A stretch of 64,000 nucleotides of DNA from Marinobacter sp. (GCA_036960525.1 JBALXR010000002.1:1287-65286), one strand, 5' to 3'; counted from the stretch's first letter, positions 1 to 9,563 are shown. Numbers and translations are program-made. The notes: generated by a model from the sequence alone, not told the origin.

Positions 1-1
1 G

Positions 2-616
2 GTGGTGTTACCGCATCTGTTTCGGGTCACCCTCATTGTGTTGGTGGTACCACCGTTGTTTGCTACCTGGCAGGGTATTGAACTAAACGCCAGCAGCAAT
101 GGTTTTGACTTTGACTTATGGGGCAAGAATCTCTGGATCCTACTAACAGTGGCACCCGCCTGGCTGCTGGCAAAGGTAATGCGCTTTCCGATTCCTGAGC
201 TTACCGGACCCCTTTTCGTCTCGGCGGCACTTTCTTTGGCAGGGTATCAGTTGGGTTTGCCAGACTGGCTGTTTGCACTAACTTTTATTGTGCTGGGATC
301 TTCAATCGGCGTGCGTTTTTACGGTATGCCCTGGCAAATGCTGGCTGGCACAGGTCGGCATGCGCTGGTAGGTACTTTTCTGACCCTAGCCATTTCAGCC
401 TTGGTCGCCTTCGGTATTCACCGTTTGACGGACGTACCACTGCCGGTGGCTTTATTGGCAGTGACTCCTGGGGGTATTGCGGAAATGGCCATTCTAGCGG
501 CAGCACTCGGGGTAGATCCGGTGTTTGTGGCGTTTCACCAAATATTTCGCAGTATTCTGCTTAATCTGCTGTCGCCATTTCTGTTGCGCCGGTTCGGCGG
601 GCAGGAGATCCCCTGA
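2..616 (+). CDS. AbrB-family membrane protein (putative ammonia monooxygenase-like), 5'-truncated by the window edge
   Basis: Hydrophobic ORF with AbrB motifs LGSSIGVRF, AVTPGGIAEMA and VAFHQIFR. The ORF is open at the window start. Confidence 0.85.
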   Translation: MVLPHLFRVTLIVLVVPPLFATWQGIELNASSNGFDFDLWGKNLWILLTVAPAWLLAKVMRFPIPELTGPLFVSAALSLAGYQLGLPDWLFALTFIVLGSSIGVRFYGMPWQMLAGTGRHALVGTFLTLAISALVAFGIHRLTDVPLPVALLAVTPGGIAEMAILAAALGVDPVFVAFHQIFRSILLNLLSPFLLRRFGGQEIP

Positions 617-764
617 GCGGGGCCCAATATTTACGCTTGGTGCTGTGGACATTTTTTGGCGACAATATTTCTTTCAATCGCCGTTTCCGTTGCGAGATCA
701 ATGATTCCGATTGGCGCATATGATTTCGAGATGGGCTATCGTCTATTCAGACTTGAAGGACTTT

Positions 765-1665
765 CCTAAAACAAGCTGCAAAGCAAAAGTGAACAACAAC
801 CGCAATGCATCCATTAAGCGGCCTACCCATTCAGGCACCATGGAACCGAACATTATCGAGATGCGTAAAGGCTATTAAAGAAGAATTGTTTACCTACGAC
901 CGGGATTATGGCACAACGGCGGCCACCGAGTCCCTCATCGTTCTATCACGGATCTGTGGACGTCACGCCCCCCATCATCGTGAAATTATTGCCTACCGTC
1001 TGACCTCAAAAATGCCGATCCTAGCCGCCATGTACTATATTTTTGGAAATTCAAGGAATGATCTCGACTACGCCAGAAATCTCCTCCACATGATGATTGC
1101 AAACCGCTGCGAAACGAAGCCGCTACTGACGAAAGCCATGGACAAGATCTTCATTCTGCATCCGGATCACGAGCAGAACGACCCTACGTCTACTGTGTGA
1201 TTCAACGGTTCCACCGGGGCTCATTCGTTCGCCTGTATAATCATCGGTATTGCCGCGTTCTGAGGACCAGGCACATGGCGACCCGAACGTAGCGGTATTT
1301 GCTACCGGGTTTACAAAAACCATGAGCCCCGAGCTAAAGTGATGAAAGCCCATTGTGACAATGTATTGCCTGAGTTGGGCACGGAAGATGATCTGCGGCT
1401 GAACATTGCCCAGCGTTTGGATAAGGTAGCGCTAGAAGATGACTATTTCATCAGCAAGAATATGTACCCGAACGTAGACTTCTATTCTGGAGTTATTCTG
1501 CGGGCAATGAGGATCGTCATCTCAATGTTCACGGTCATTTTCACCATCAGGCGGACACCGAGATGGATTGCGCATTGGAAAGAAATGGTAGAAGGAGAGC
1601 ATTTAATCGGCCGGCCGCGTCAATTGTATCAGGGTGAAAATCAGCGCCAGCACCCATCTCGCTAG
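765..1665 (+). pseudogene. gltA: Degraded type II citrate synthase
   Basis: GltA fragments across frames: [84 protein letters not shown]. It has in-frame stops (e.g. TGA at 1198-1200), frameshifts and internal deletions, and spans about 900 bp versus about 1.3 kb for an intact gene. The 5' boundary is approximate. Confidence 0.9.
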
Positions 1666-1731
1666 CCATTGCTTTGACCCGCACTCATCGAAGTGATGGA
1701 CTCGGGTACAGGTCCAAGTGAACGCAGCCTG

Positions 1732-2421
1732 TCAGGGATTTTCCAGCGTCTGCAGCCAGCGGTACCGACCGTTGCGAACATGGCGCTCGCCGGCTTCGCG
1801 GGCGCGCTCACTGTCACCTTCCAGAATGGCGTTCACAATCTCCGTGTGTTCAACATTGGAAGACTTCATCTGTTTCTGTTCGGTCAGCACCAGTTTACGG
1901 GCCAGATGAGATTCACGAACCAGATCGTCATAAAAACCGGCGGCGCGACCGTGATCAGCCATTGTCATCAGTGTCTGATGGAAATAAGTGTTGGCTTGGT
2001 CGTATTTTTGACCATCATGATCTGCCACAGCAGTGTTCAACTGCGCGAGAATGTCGCGCAAACGCTGACGGTCTTCATCAGTGGCTTTACGAGCGGCCTG
2101 CTGACAGATAAACCCTGTGATCACTTCGCGCATTTCACTGTTCTCAAACAGTTCTCCATCGCTCACTACGCGCACGAAAACGCCCCGATTGGGGACGGAT
2201 ACTAATAGGCCGGAGCGAACCAGTCCGCTCCTGGCTTCCCGCAACACACCTCGATTCACGTCAAGACTTTCGGCCAATCGGTGTTCGTTGATGCGCTCAC
2301 CGGGCTTGAGGTGCCCGGAAATGATCAGGCGCTCGATTTCTTCAGAAACAATGGTAGTGAGAGATTTTCCACGCCGCAGGGCAATGGTCTCTGTGGCGCT
2401 TTTTGAAATATCTGTACTCAT
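1732..2421 (-). CDS. GntR/FadR-family (FCD domain) transcriptional regulator
   Basis: wHTH LKPGERINEHRLAESLDVNRGVLREA...VPNRGVFV. FCD residues in NTYFH, EHTEIVNAI and HVRN. An alternative start lies at 2439. Confidence 0.93.
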   Translation of the reverse strand: MSTDISKSATETIALRRGKSLTTIVSEEIERLIISGHLKPGERINEHRLAESLDVNRGVLREARSGLVRSGLLVSVPNRGVFVRVVSDGELFENSEMREVITGFICQQAARKATDEDRQRLRDILAQLNTAVADHDGQKYDQANTYFHQTLMTMADHGRAAGFYDDLVRESHLARKLVLTEQKQMKSSNVEHTEIVNAILEGDSERAREAGERHVRNGRYRWLQTLENP

Positions 2422-2527
2422 GTTTAGCTTTCCAACCATTTAATAATCATCACCATCATAACCATAACGTGATCTGGTGATTTTTTATACCAGCGCACGA
2501 AACTAGCCGCTAGCATAACTTATCATA

Positions 2528-2544
2528 TTGTAAAAAGTTAACAA
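2528..2544. promoter_or_regulatory. Putative GntR operator (TTGTAAAAAGTTAACAA)
   Basis: 17-bp imperfect palindrome matching the island motif, upstream of the gntR gene. Confidence 0.6.
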
Positions 2545-2628
2545 TCAATTAATAGCCCAATCGTAGCTTGCTGCAAACAATACAAGGGGCAAAAGCTCTG
2601 CCGCCATGCTTGAACATTTCCGAGAAAA

Positions 2629-2645
2629 TTGTAGACTGTCAGCAA
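2629..2645. promoter_or_regulatory. Putative GntR operator (TTGTAGACTGTCAGCAA)
   Basis: 17-bp imperfect palindrome upstream of the second abrB gene. Confidence 0.65.
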
Positions 2646-2733
2646 TTACTGTGATCTCAGTTGCCGTCTTGGCATGTCGCTTACATAGTCAAAATTGCTA
2701 TCCCTGCCTTTTCTCAGCCATGGACAGAATGCC

Positions 2734-3765
2734 ATGTTGTCGCTTATTTACTCCTTGTCTCTTGCCACTGTGGGCGGTCTGATTGCCAGTTGCTTTGGCC
2801 TACCCCTGGCTTGGATGATCGGGCCTTTGTTATTTGTGGGCATCGCCACCATGACCGGGGCCTCACTGAACGCGCCGCAGGGGGGGCGGCAGGTGGGTCA
2901 AGCGACCGTCGGGGTGGCAGTTGGGCTGCAAATGACGCCCGACGTGGTCGCCTTTCTGCTTCAGGAAATCTGGCTTATTGTGTCAGCAGGTCTGGCAACC
3001 ATCCTCCTGGGCATTCCCATGGCATTGTTACTGCGCCGGTTGTCCGGGGAAGATACGGCCACTTGCTATTTCTCCGCCGTGCCTGGCGGGCTGTCCGAAA
3101 TGGCCATACTGGGGCAGCGCTTCGGCGCCCAGATTGAGCCCATAGCCATTGCGCAGACCATGCGTCTGGCTCTGATCGTACTGACTATACCCCCGTTACT
3201 GGCGTACTCTGGGATTACCGGGGATGCTCTGAGCGGTCCGGCAGGGGCCGCCATCGCCAGCCCATGGCTGACGATGGCGCTTGTAGCGGTTGGGGTTGTA
3301 GTGTCGCGCACCTTGAGTTGCTTACGGGTCAGTAACGCCTGGATTCTGGGTGGCATTCTGACCGGAAGTAGTGTCGCAATCGTCAGTGGCCAAGTTCTGG
3401 CTCTACCTTGGCTGGCATTAAACGGCGCCCAGTTCCTGCTGGGGCTGGGGCTGGGGATCATGTTCCGACGGGAATTTGTCACCCGGGCGCCGAGGTTCAT
3501 GCGCGCGGCAGCTCTGATGGTGCTGGTAATGATTGTCCTCGCCGCCATCTGTGCCTATGCCGTGGCACAGATGACTGACCATGGCTTTGGCACCCTGCTG
3601 CTGAGTTTCGCGCCGGCCGGGGTCACCGAAATGATGCTGACGGCAAAAGCCTTGGGTTTCGAAGCCCCTCTTATCACTGCCATCCATCTGACCCGAATTC
3701 TCCTGATTGTGTTAATGACCGCAGGTCTGTTCAGACTGTTTTTTCGGCCTGGTCAGCCGGAGTAG
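2734..3765 (+). CDS. AbrB-family membrane protein
   Basis: Two internal repeats with AVPGGLSEMA / FAPAGVTEMM and AQTMRL / IHLTRI, plus LPLAWMIGPL. Likely ATG at 2734 (ORF open from 2695). Confidence 0.9.
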   Translation: MLSLIYSLSLATVGGLIASCFGLPLAWMIGPLLFVGIATMTGASLNAPQGGRQVGQATVGVAVGLQMTPDVVAFLLQEIWLIVSAGLATILLGIPMALLLRRLSGEDTATCYFSAVPGGLSEMAILGQRFGAQIEPIAIAQTMRLALIVLTIPPLLAYSGITGDALSGPAGAAIASPWLTMALVAVGVVVSRTLSCLRVSNAWILGGILTGSSVAIVSGQVLALPWLALNGAQFLLGLGLGIMFRREFVTRAPRFMRAAALMVLVMIVLAAICAYAVAQMTDHGFGTLLLSFAPAGVTEMMLTAKALGFEAPLITAIHLTRILLIVLMTAGLFRLFFRPGQPE

Positions 3766-5344
3766 ATGGGAGCCGAAAGGTGCTGAGCTCTTCCGTATCT
3801 AGTTGCGCCAGCAGGCCGGTCTCCCAGGCGAGGTAACGTCGGGCGGCGTCCAGATTACCGTCATGACGGTCGTGCACGAAAAACAGGAAGTCCACGCAGT
3901 CAGCATCCGGCGGCGTATCGGGCGTCTGCGCCACAGCAAGGCCAGCTGCCTCGGCTGTCGTCAGGTCCCAGGACCACCAGCCCCGCACCTCATAGCCCTC
4001 AGCCAGCAGGTCATGAGCAATGAGTCTGGTACCGTCGGCGTCGGTCGCCACCAACACGATAGGCTGGCGCGGCGCAATGGCCGCCAGCTGGCGGGTGAGC
4101 CGGGACCGGTTGACCCAGTGTGCCAGCGCGAGATGGCCCTGCCGGAAAACCGAACTGGTTCGGCAGTCAAGCACGGTGCTGGCTGACAGGATCTTCGCAT
4201 CAAGGGTCAGCTCGGCCAAGCTAGGCAACAGGGCCCGCACGCGCGAGGAGGCCGGCTCGGGGTTGTATTGCTTCCATTCTTCCTGGTTGCCACTGAACCA
4301 GGCCGATTTGATGCCCATTAGTGAAAGCCAGGCCGCTGCCATGGGGGCCCTACAGCCGTCATCGTCCACTAGAATCACCCGCGCTCCGGTGACGCCAATC
4401 CAGTGATCGGTGGCCTGCACGAGTTGCCCACCCGGAGCGTGTACCGCGCCCGGAAGGTGGCCGCGGGCATACTCTTCCGCCGTGCGGACATCGAACAGGT
4501 AAGTAGTCGTCTTCTGCTCGGTCAACCAGATCCTGGCTTCCGGCGCACTCAGCGCGATGGCACCTTGTTCGATGGAGTGACACCGCACATGACGGGCCTG
4601 TTCAAGGGTGGGCTTCACCACATCGGGATAAAGCCGGGCCTGCCCCTCCTCCAGGGACAGCCCCCCCAGTCTCCACCCCTGCGTGCCGTTCTCAAGCGCG
4701 TAGACCGGGTTGCTAATGCCAAGCCAGCGCAGGGTCTGAGCACCGATAATAGATCGAGTACGGCCGGCACAGTTCACCACCACTGGCCGTTCGATATCGG
4801 GAATCATGTGGACGGCGCGCAGGGCTAATTCGCCATTAGGACAGGCATAACTACCTGGAATGGACATTTTGCGGTATTCAGTCGGTGTGCGCCCGTCGAG
4901 CACCGTCACGGGCAGTCCGGTGTTTTGCCATTCTGCCAGTCTCGTTGCACTGATGGACGGTGTCGCAAAAACCTCATGTACCAACTCCCCAAAAGTCTTG
5001 CTAGGTACATTAACACCGGCGAAAAGCGTATAGCCAGCGGCTGACCATCCGTTGGCCCCACCGCTAAGGACGTACACCCGGGTGTACCCCAAACCTTCTG
5101 CAGCGCGGGCACAGGCCCTAGCCCGACACTCGTCTTGCTGATCAAAGAGCACCATGGTGACATCCCGGCGAGGCACCAGCTGCTCCAGTAGCAGCTCAAA
5201 CTGGCTGAAGGGGAGGTTGACGGCATGAAAAGGGTGCGCCTCGCCATATTCGCCATGTTCACGCACATCCAGAAACGCTACTTCTTCTTTGGCGGCTTCA
5301 AACTGCGCTTTTAATACCTGGGGACAAATTGTCATGAGAGGCAT
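3731..5344 (-). CDS. Four-domain rhodanese-related sulfurtransferase
   Basis: Four rhodanese repeats (LDVRE, LDGRT, FDVRT, LDCRT). An active-site loop NCAGRTRS is present in domain 2, and the C-terminal tail is YLAWETGLLAQL. Confidence 0.9.
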   Translation of the reverse strand: MPLMTICPQVLKAQFEAAKEEVAFLDVREHGEYGEAHPFHAVNLPFSQFELLLEQLVPRRDVTMVLFDQQDECRARACARAAEGLGYTRVYVLSGGANGWSAAGYTLFAGVNVPSKTFGELVHEVFATPSISATRLAEWQNTGLPVTVLDGRTPTEYRKMSIPGSYACPNGELALRAVHMIPDIERPVVVNCAGRTRSIIGAQTLRWLGISNPVYALENGTQGWRLGGLSLEEGQARLYPDVVKPTLEQARHVRCHSIEQGAIALSAPEARIWLTEQKTTTYLFDVRTAEEYARGHLPGAVHAPGGQLVQATDHWIGVTGARVILVDDDGCRAPMAAAWLSLMGIKSAWFSGNQEEWKQYNPEPASSRVRALLPSLAELTLDAKILSASTVLDCRTSSVFRQGHLALAHWVNRSRLTRQLAAIAPRQPIVLVATDADGTRLIAHDLLAEGYEVRGWWSWDLTTAEAAGLAVAQTPDTPPDADCVDFLFFVHDRHDGNLDAARRYLAWETGLLAQLDTEELSTFRLPSTPADQAEKTV

Positions 5345-5400
5345 GGGGTCAGTCTCGCTTGATTGGCACCCGAAGGCGGGCGTAACTAGGAGTAAAGCGC

Positions 5401-5460
5401 AATTTGGCTGAAGAGAGAATTTTTGTCAACTGTTGACAATCATCGAGAAAATCATATTAT
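5401..5460. promoter_or_regulatory. Divergent promoters with a perfect 17-bp palindromic operator TTGTCAACTGTTGACAA (5423-5439)
   Basis: The palindrome supplies back-to-back TTGACA -35 hexamers. Plus strand: 5433-5438 with TATTAT at 5455-5460. Minus strand: 5429-5424 with CAAATT at 5406-5401. Confidence 0.8.
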
Positions 5461-5510
5461 GGATTTACTGAAAAATACTAAAACAAATAAATAGATAGGA
5501 GCGAGCCATT

Positions 5511-6941
5511 ATGGCAGCGGTAAAAAGCTTCACCCCTAACATCGAATCCAATCGCGGCGAAGGCCTAACACGCGAAGTGGCACAGTTCATTCTGGCCACC
5601 GGCCAAAAGGATCTGGGTGCAGACCTGGTCGCCATCGGCAAGAAATCCATTCTGGACGGCTTTGGCCTGGCGCTCTCCGGTTCCATTGCCGAGTCCGGAC
5701 GCATCGTACAGCGCTACCTGCAGGACCAAAACCTGACGGGCAATGCCACGGTCATCGGTACCAGCATGAAAGTGCCGGAGCGTTTCGCCGCGTTTGCCAA
5801 CGGTGTAGGCATCCACGCGGACGACTACGACGACACCCAGTTGGCCACAGGCATAGACCGGGTCTACGGTCTACTCACCCACCCCACGGCACCTTGCCTG
5901 CCCTCGGCCCTAGCCATCGCGGAAACCCAGGATCTCAGTGGCGCGGAGATGATGCTGGCATACCACATCGGTGTCGAAGTAGAGACCAAGGTAGCGGAAG
6001 CCATCTCGCCGCGCCACTACCAGCACGGATTCCACGCTACAGCCACCTGCGGCACCCTAGCTTCCGCAGCCGCGGCGGCCCGTCTGCGTGGGCTGGACGA
6101 AGAAACGACCCTGCGCGCCCTAGGTGTGGCAGCCAGCCAGTCAGCCGGCCTACGGGAAAATTTTGGTACCATGACCAAGCCCTTCCACGCCGGTCGTTCG
6201 TCTGAGTCTGGGATTGTAGCGGTGGACTTTGCACGCGCCGGCTGGACCGCTACGGACAAAATTCTTGAATCGCCCCGCGGCTTTTTCCAAGCCCACGGCG
6301 GTGGCTACATGCTGGAAGCCATTTCCGGCAAACTGGGCAATCCTTGGACGTTTATTAATCCCGGTGTGTCCATCAAGCCCAATCCGTCGGGTTCATTGAC
6401 GCACCCCGGTATGACCACCATGCTGGAGCTAATTCTGAAGCACGACATCAAGCCGGAAGACGTTGACCATGTAGACGTGGGTACCAACCACAACATGCCC
6501 AACGCGCTGATTCACCACCGCCCCACCAATGAGCTCCAAGCCAAGTTCTCCATGGAATTCTGTATGGCCATCCTACTGTTGGAACGCCGTGGCAGCCTGC
6601 CTGAATTTACCGACGGGGTTGTGAACCGGCCGGATGTAAAAGCCATGATCGAGAAAATAAACTTTGGCATCCACCCGGAAGCCGAAGCCGCCGGCTATGA
6701 CAAGATGACCACTATCATCGATATCTACCTGAAGAACGGTACCGTGATTTCCGAGCGCTCTGACTTTGGCAAAGGCAGCCCGCAGAAGCCCATGTCCTAC
6801 GACGACGTTGCTGACAAGTTCTATGGCTGTGCGGACTTCGCCATGTGGGACAGTAACAAAGCCAAAGCCTTGGTTGAGGCCGTACGTGGACTAGAAAACA
6901 TCAAGTCAGTCCGCGAATTGACCCTCCTGATGAGTAAGTAA
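5511..6941 (+). CDS. MmgE/PrpD family protein (iminodisuccinate epimerase / cis-aconitate decarboxylase-like branch)
   Basis: Motifs HADDYDD, THP, HYQHGFH, NFGTMTKPFHAG, SIKP, QAKFS and GSPQKPMS. It lacks the G-x-D-H signature of true PrpD. Confidence 0.9.
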   Translation: MAAVKSFTPNIESNRGEGLTREVAQFILATGQKDLGADLVAIGKKSILDGFGLALSGSIAESGRIVQRYLQDQNLTGNATVIGTSMKVPERFAAFANGVGIHADDYDDTQLATGIDRVYGLLTHPTAPCLPSALAIAETQDLSGAEMMLAYHIGVEVETKVAEAISPRHYQHGFHATATCGTLASAAAAARLRGLDEETTLRALGVAASQSAGLRENFGTMTKPFHAGRSSESGIVAVDFARAGWTATDKILESPRGFFQAHGGGYMLEAISGKLGNPWTFINPGVSIKPNPSGSLTHPGMTTMLELILKHDIKPEDVDHVDVGTNHNMPNALIHHRPTNELQAKFSMEFCMAILLLERRGSLPEFTDGVVNRPDVKAMIEKINFGIHPEAEAAGYDKMTTIIDIYLKNGTVISERSDFGKGSPQKPMSYDDVADKFYGCADFAMWDSNKAKALVEAVRGLENIKSVRELTLLMSK

Positions 6942-7015
6942 TCCACCCAAAGTGGCGTCCGTTGGGGTGCCACTGACTGATCGGCACTGTATTTTTTGAT
7001 GAAAGGAAGAATGTC

Positions 7016-7762
7016 ATGCGTTGGGACATTGATCTGAGCGGCCACACCGCCGTTATTACCGGCGGCACCCGTAACATCGGTCTGGCCATCGCCCAGGCCC
7101 TGAAAGCACAAGGCGCGAGAGTATGTGTGGTTGGCGGCAGTGATGCCGGCGCTTTGGCCTCTGCCCTGAGTGCCTTGGGCGGCGAAAACGATGGCGTCAC
7201 CGGCTTGCTGGCTTCCATTGCAGAGGAAGCCGGAGTCAAGGCGGTATTTGATCATGCCGAAGCGCGTCTGGGTCCGGTTTCCATTCTGATCAATGGAGCT
7301 GCCAACCGCCCACACAAGGCCTTTGTCGACATCACACGGGAAGAATGGGACAGGGTGTTGGCAACGGTACTGACCGGACCTTTCATGTTAACCCAACAAC
7401 TCTTTCGGCGTCTGCCAGATGGCAAGAAAGGCGCCGTCGTCAATATCGGTGGATTAAGTGCCCATCGACCTGCGGTTGAGCGTCCCCATGTGATTGCTGG
7501 CAAGTCCGGCCTGGTCGGTTTGACCAAGGCCACGGCAGCCGAGGGCCTAGGCCGCATACGCGCCAATATTATTATACCAGGCGCCATTGAAACAACACGC
7601 AAGCCCGGGCAGTCCGTGCCGCATTCTAGCCAGGAGCTGGGCGTTGTTCCGCCGGGAAGCCCGGAAGACGTGGCCCGCGCTGTTCTGCCGTTTGCCGACC
7701 CCAGCGACAGTTATGTCACCGGGCAGAGCGTGCATGTGAACGGTGGCCGGTACATGCCTTGA
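7016..7762 (+). CDS. Atypical SDR oxidoreductase
   Basis: TGGTRNIG Rossmann motif, INGAA, PGAIET and YVTGQSVHVNGG. The catalytic YxxxK is replaced by (H)VIAGK. Confidence 0.88.
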   Translation: MRWDIDLSGHTAVITGGTRNIGLAIAQALKAQGARVCVVGGSDAGALASALSALGGENDGVTGLLASIAEEAGVKAVFDHAEARLGPVSILINGAANRPHKAFVDITREEWDRVLATVLTGPFMLTQQLFRRLPDGKKGAVVNIGGLSAHRPAVERPHVIAGKSGLVGLTKATAAEGLGRIRANIIIPGAIETTRKPGQSVPHSSQELGVVPPGSPEDVARAVLPFADPSDSYVTGQSVHVNGGRYMP

Positions 7763-7792
7763 GCTGGCGCCGGTATTCGATAGAAATTTATT

Positions 7793-7809
7793 TTGCCAAC
7801 TGTTGACAA
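7793..7809. promoter_or_regulatory. Putative GntR operator (TTGCCAACTGTTGACAA) overlapping the -35 of the tctC promoter
   Basis: 16/17 identical to the 5423 palindrome. Contains TTGACA at 7803-7808. Confidence 0.8.
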
Positions 7810-7897
7810 TAAAAAGTTAACGTAGCAGTCTGAAAGTGAGGAAGGGTTGACTGCCCCTTATCAATTAACTCTAACAATAATGTAAATAGGACTTACC

Positions 7898-8911
7898 ATG
7901 AAAAAGCAAAAACTGACTCGCCGTAGCGCGATCAAAACCGGTCTGGCTGGCGTTATGCTGGCGGCGACCGTCTTAACTGCCCCAACCGTAGTAGCGCAAA
8001 GCTATCCTAGCCAGCCGTTGACCGTTGTAGTTCCGTTTGCCACCGGTGGCTACAATGACCGCTTGGCGCGTGCTTTCGCTCCCTTTCTACAAGAAGAACT
8101 GGGCCAGCCTGTGAACATCCTCAACCGGGGCGGTGCGGGAACCCTACTCGGTAATTCCTACTTCATGCAGCGTCCGGCGGATGGCTACACAATCATGATG
8201 AACTCGGTTACACCATACATCCCCATGACCCTGTTGCTGCAGGATCCGCCGTATAAGGCGGACGACTTCCACATGTTGAACCTGCCGTCACGTGACGCGA
8301 CCTTAGCCGCCACCTCTGCCGACAGCGAATATAAGAGCTGGGGCGAAGTGATTGCCGCACTGAAAGAAGACCCAAGCAGTGTGAGCTTTGGTATTCAGCC
8401 GGGTTCTGCCGACTATCTGAACATGATACTGGCACTGGAAGTTGAAGGTATCGACTTCAATGATATGCGCGTTGTGACCTACGACGGTGGTGGTCCAGCA
8501 CGAACCGCTGCTGCAGGCGCTCAGGTTGATGTAGCGCTGGTCGGTGGTCAGGGCTTTCTGCCACTGGCTTCACAGATCACGCCGCTGATGGTGTTCACCG
8601 ACGAGCCGTTCCCCGGTTTTGAAGACACCCAGACCGTTGCTGATTATGCCAGTGAAAACGGCTTGAACATTGATTTCGTTGCTGGTTCACAGCGTGGCTG
8701 GGTCGTGCACACCGAGTTCATGGAAAAGCATCCAGACCGTTACGAAACCCTCTTGAGTGCCGTGGAGCGTGCGACTAAGAACCCAAAAACCATCGAGAGC
8801 CTGCAAAACCAGGAACTGGCTACCGATTGGTATGGGCCGGAAGTGTCCAACCGAGCCTATGAGAAAACATCACAGGTGATGGAGCGTTACGCTGACCTGT
8901 TGCGCGAATAA
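7898..8911 (+). CDS. tctC: Tripartite tricarboxylate transporter substrate-binding protein (TctC/Bug)
   Basis: YPSQPLTVVVPFATGGYND, NRGGAG, PADGYT and YDGGG motifs. The signal peptide contains TRRSAIK. Confidence 0.92.
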   Translation: MKKQKLTRRSAIKTGLAGVMLAATVLTAPTVVAQSYPSQPLTVVVPFATGGYNDRLARAFAPFLQEELGQPVNILNRGGAGTLLGNSYFMQRPADGYTIMMNSVTPYIPMTLLLQDPPYKADDFHMLNLPSRDATLAATSADSEYKSWGEVIAALKEDPSSVSFGIQPGSADYLNMILALEVEGIDFNDMRVVTYDGGGPARTAAAGAQVDVALVGGQGFLPLASQITPLMVFTDEPFPGFEDTQTVADYASENGLNIDFVAGSQRGWVVHTEFMEKHPDRYETLLSAVERATKNPKTIESLQNQELATDWYGPEVSNRAYEKTSQVMERYADLLRE

Positions 8912-8938
8912 TTTACGCCTGACATTTCAAGACTAGAC

Positions 8939-8971
8939 AAACGACCGCCGGGTGATTCCGGCGGTCGTTTT
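8939..8971 (+). terminator. Stem-loop/terminator between tctC and tctB
   Basis: AAACGACCGCCGG-gtgatt-CCGGCGGTCGTTT, a 13-bp perfect inverted repeat ending in T4. Confidence 0.75.
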
Positions 8972-9062
8972 AGAAAGGCTTCTGAAAAGTTTTCGGTGGA
9001 CACAAATGATTTTTAAGGCTTTCCGCCTCAAATCTAACAATTATTATTCTCGGAGGTAGGCC

Positions 9063-9563
9063 ATGATTCACTTAGCCGGACGCAAAGTCTTGGTGGAATG
9101 GGGTCATTTGGCGGTTGCTACACTGATTGCAGTCACTTGCCTGTGGTACCTGCAGGACGCCCGTTCTGCGTCGCTACGTATTGCCAATCTAATTTTGATC
9201 CAGCCTGGGGTCATTGTCGCCATTATTCTGTACCTGATCGTGTTGCCACAATGTTTCCATGTATTTAAGGAAGAAGAGCCGATCACCCCTAAAACCGAAG
9301 AAGAAGCGACCAAGGAGTCATCAATGACGCCCGCCGAATTTCTCCGGGTTGCGTCTTTGGCAGCGGCATTCGGGGTCTTTGTGTTCAGCCTTGAACGCTT
9401 CGGGTTTGATCTGGCGGCATGGCTGTTTATGGCTGTGGGACTGTTTATCTGCGGCGAGCGGCGCTGGCCGGTGCTGGCGTTTTTTCCGCCAGCGTTTGCC
9501 CTGATCGTGGTGTATGGCTACCAGCAGCTGATCCCCTATCCCATCGAAACCTTTTTCTTGTAA
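9063..9563 (+). CDS. tctB: Tripartite tricarboxylate transporter small membrane subunit (TctB-like)
   Basis: 166-aa, 4-5 TM protein between tctC and tctA. Motifs LERFGF and GERRW, with a C-terminal LIPYP. Confidence 0.8.
   Translation: MIHLAGRKVLVEWGHLAVATLIAVTCLWYLQDARSASLRIANLILIQPGVIVAIILYLIVLPQCFHVFKEEEPITPKTEEEATKESSMTPAEFLRVASLAAAFGVFVFSLERFGFDLAAWLFMAVGLFICGERRWPVLAFFPPAFALIVVYGYQQLIPYPIETFFL

Noticed and set aside
4802-4809. AATCATGT, matching the predicted Tn7 target duplication plus TGT
   Set aside because: It lies inside the intact rhodanese gene with no TnsB-type repeats, so it is a chance match.
5364-5378. TGGCAC as a sigma-54 -24 box
   Set aside because: No TTGC -12 element at the required spacing.
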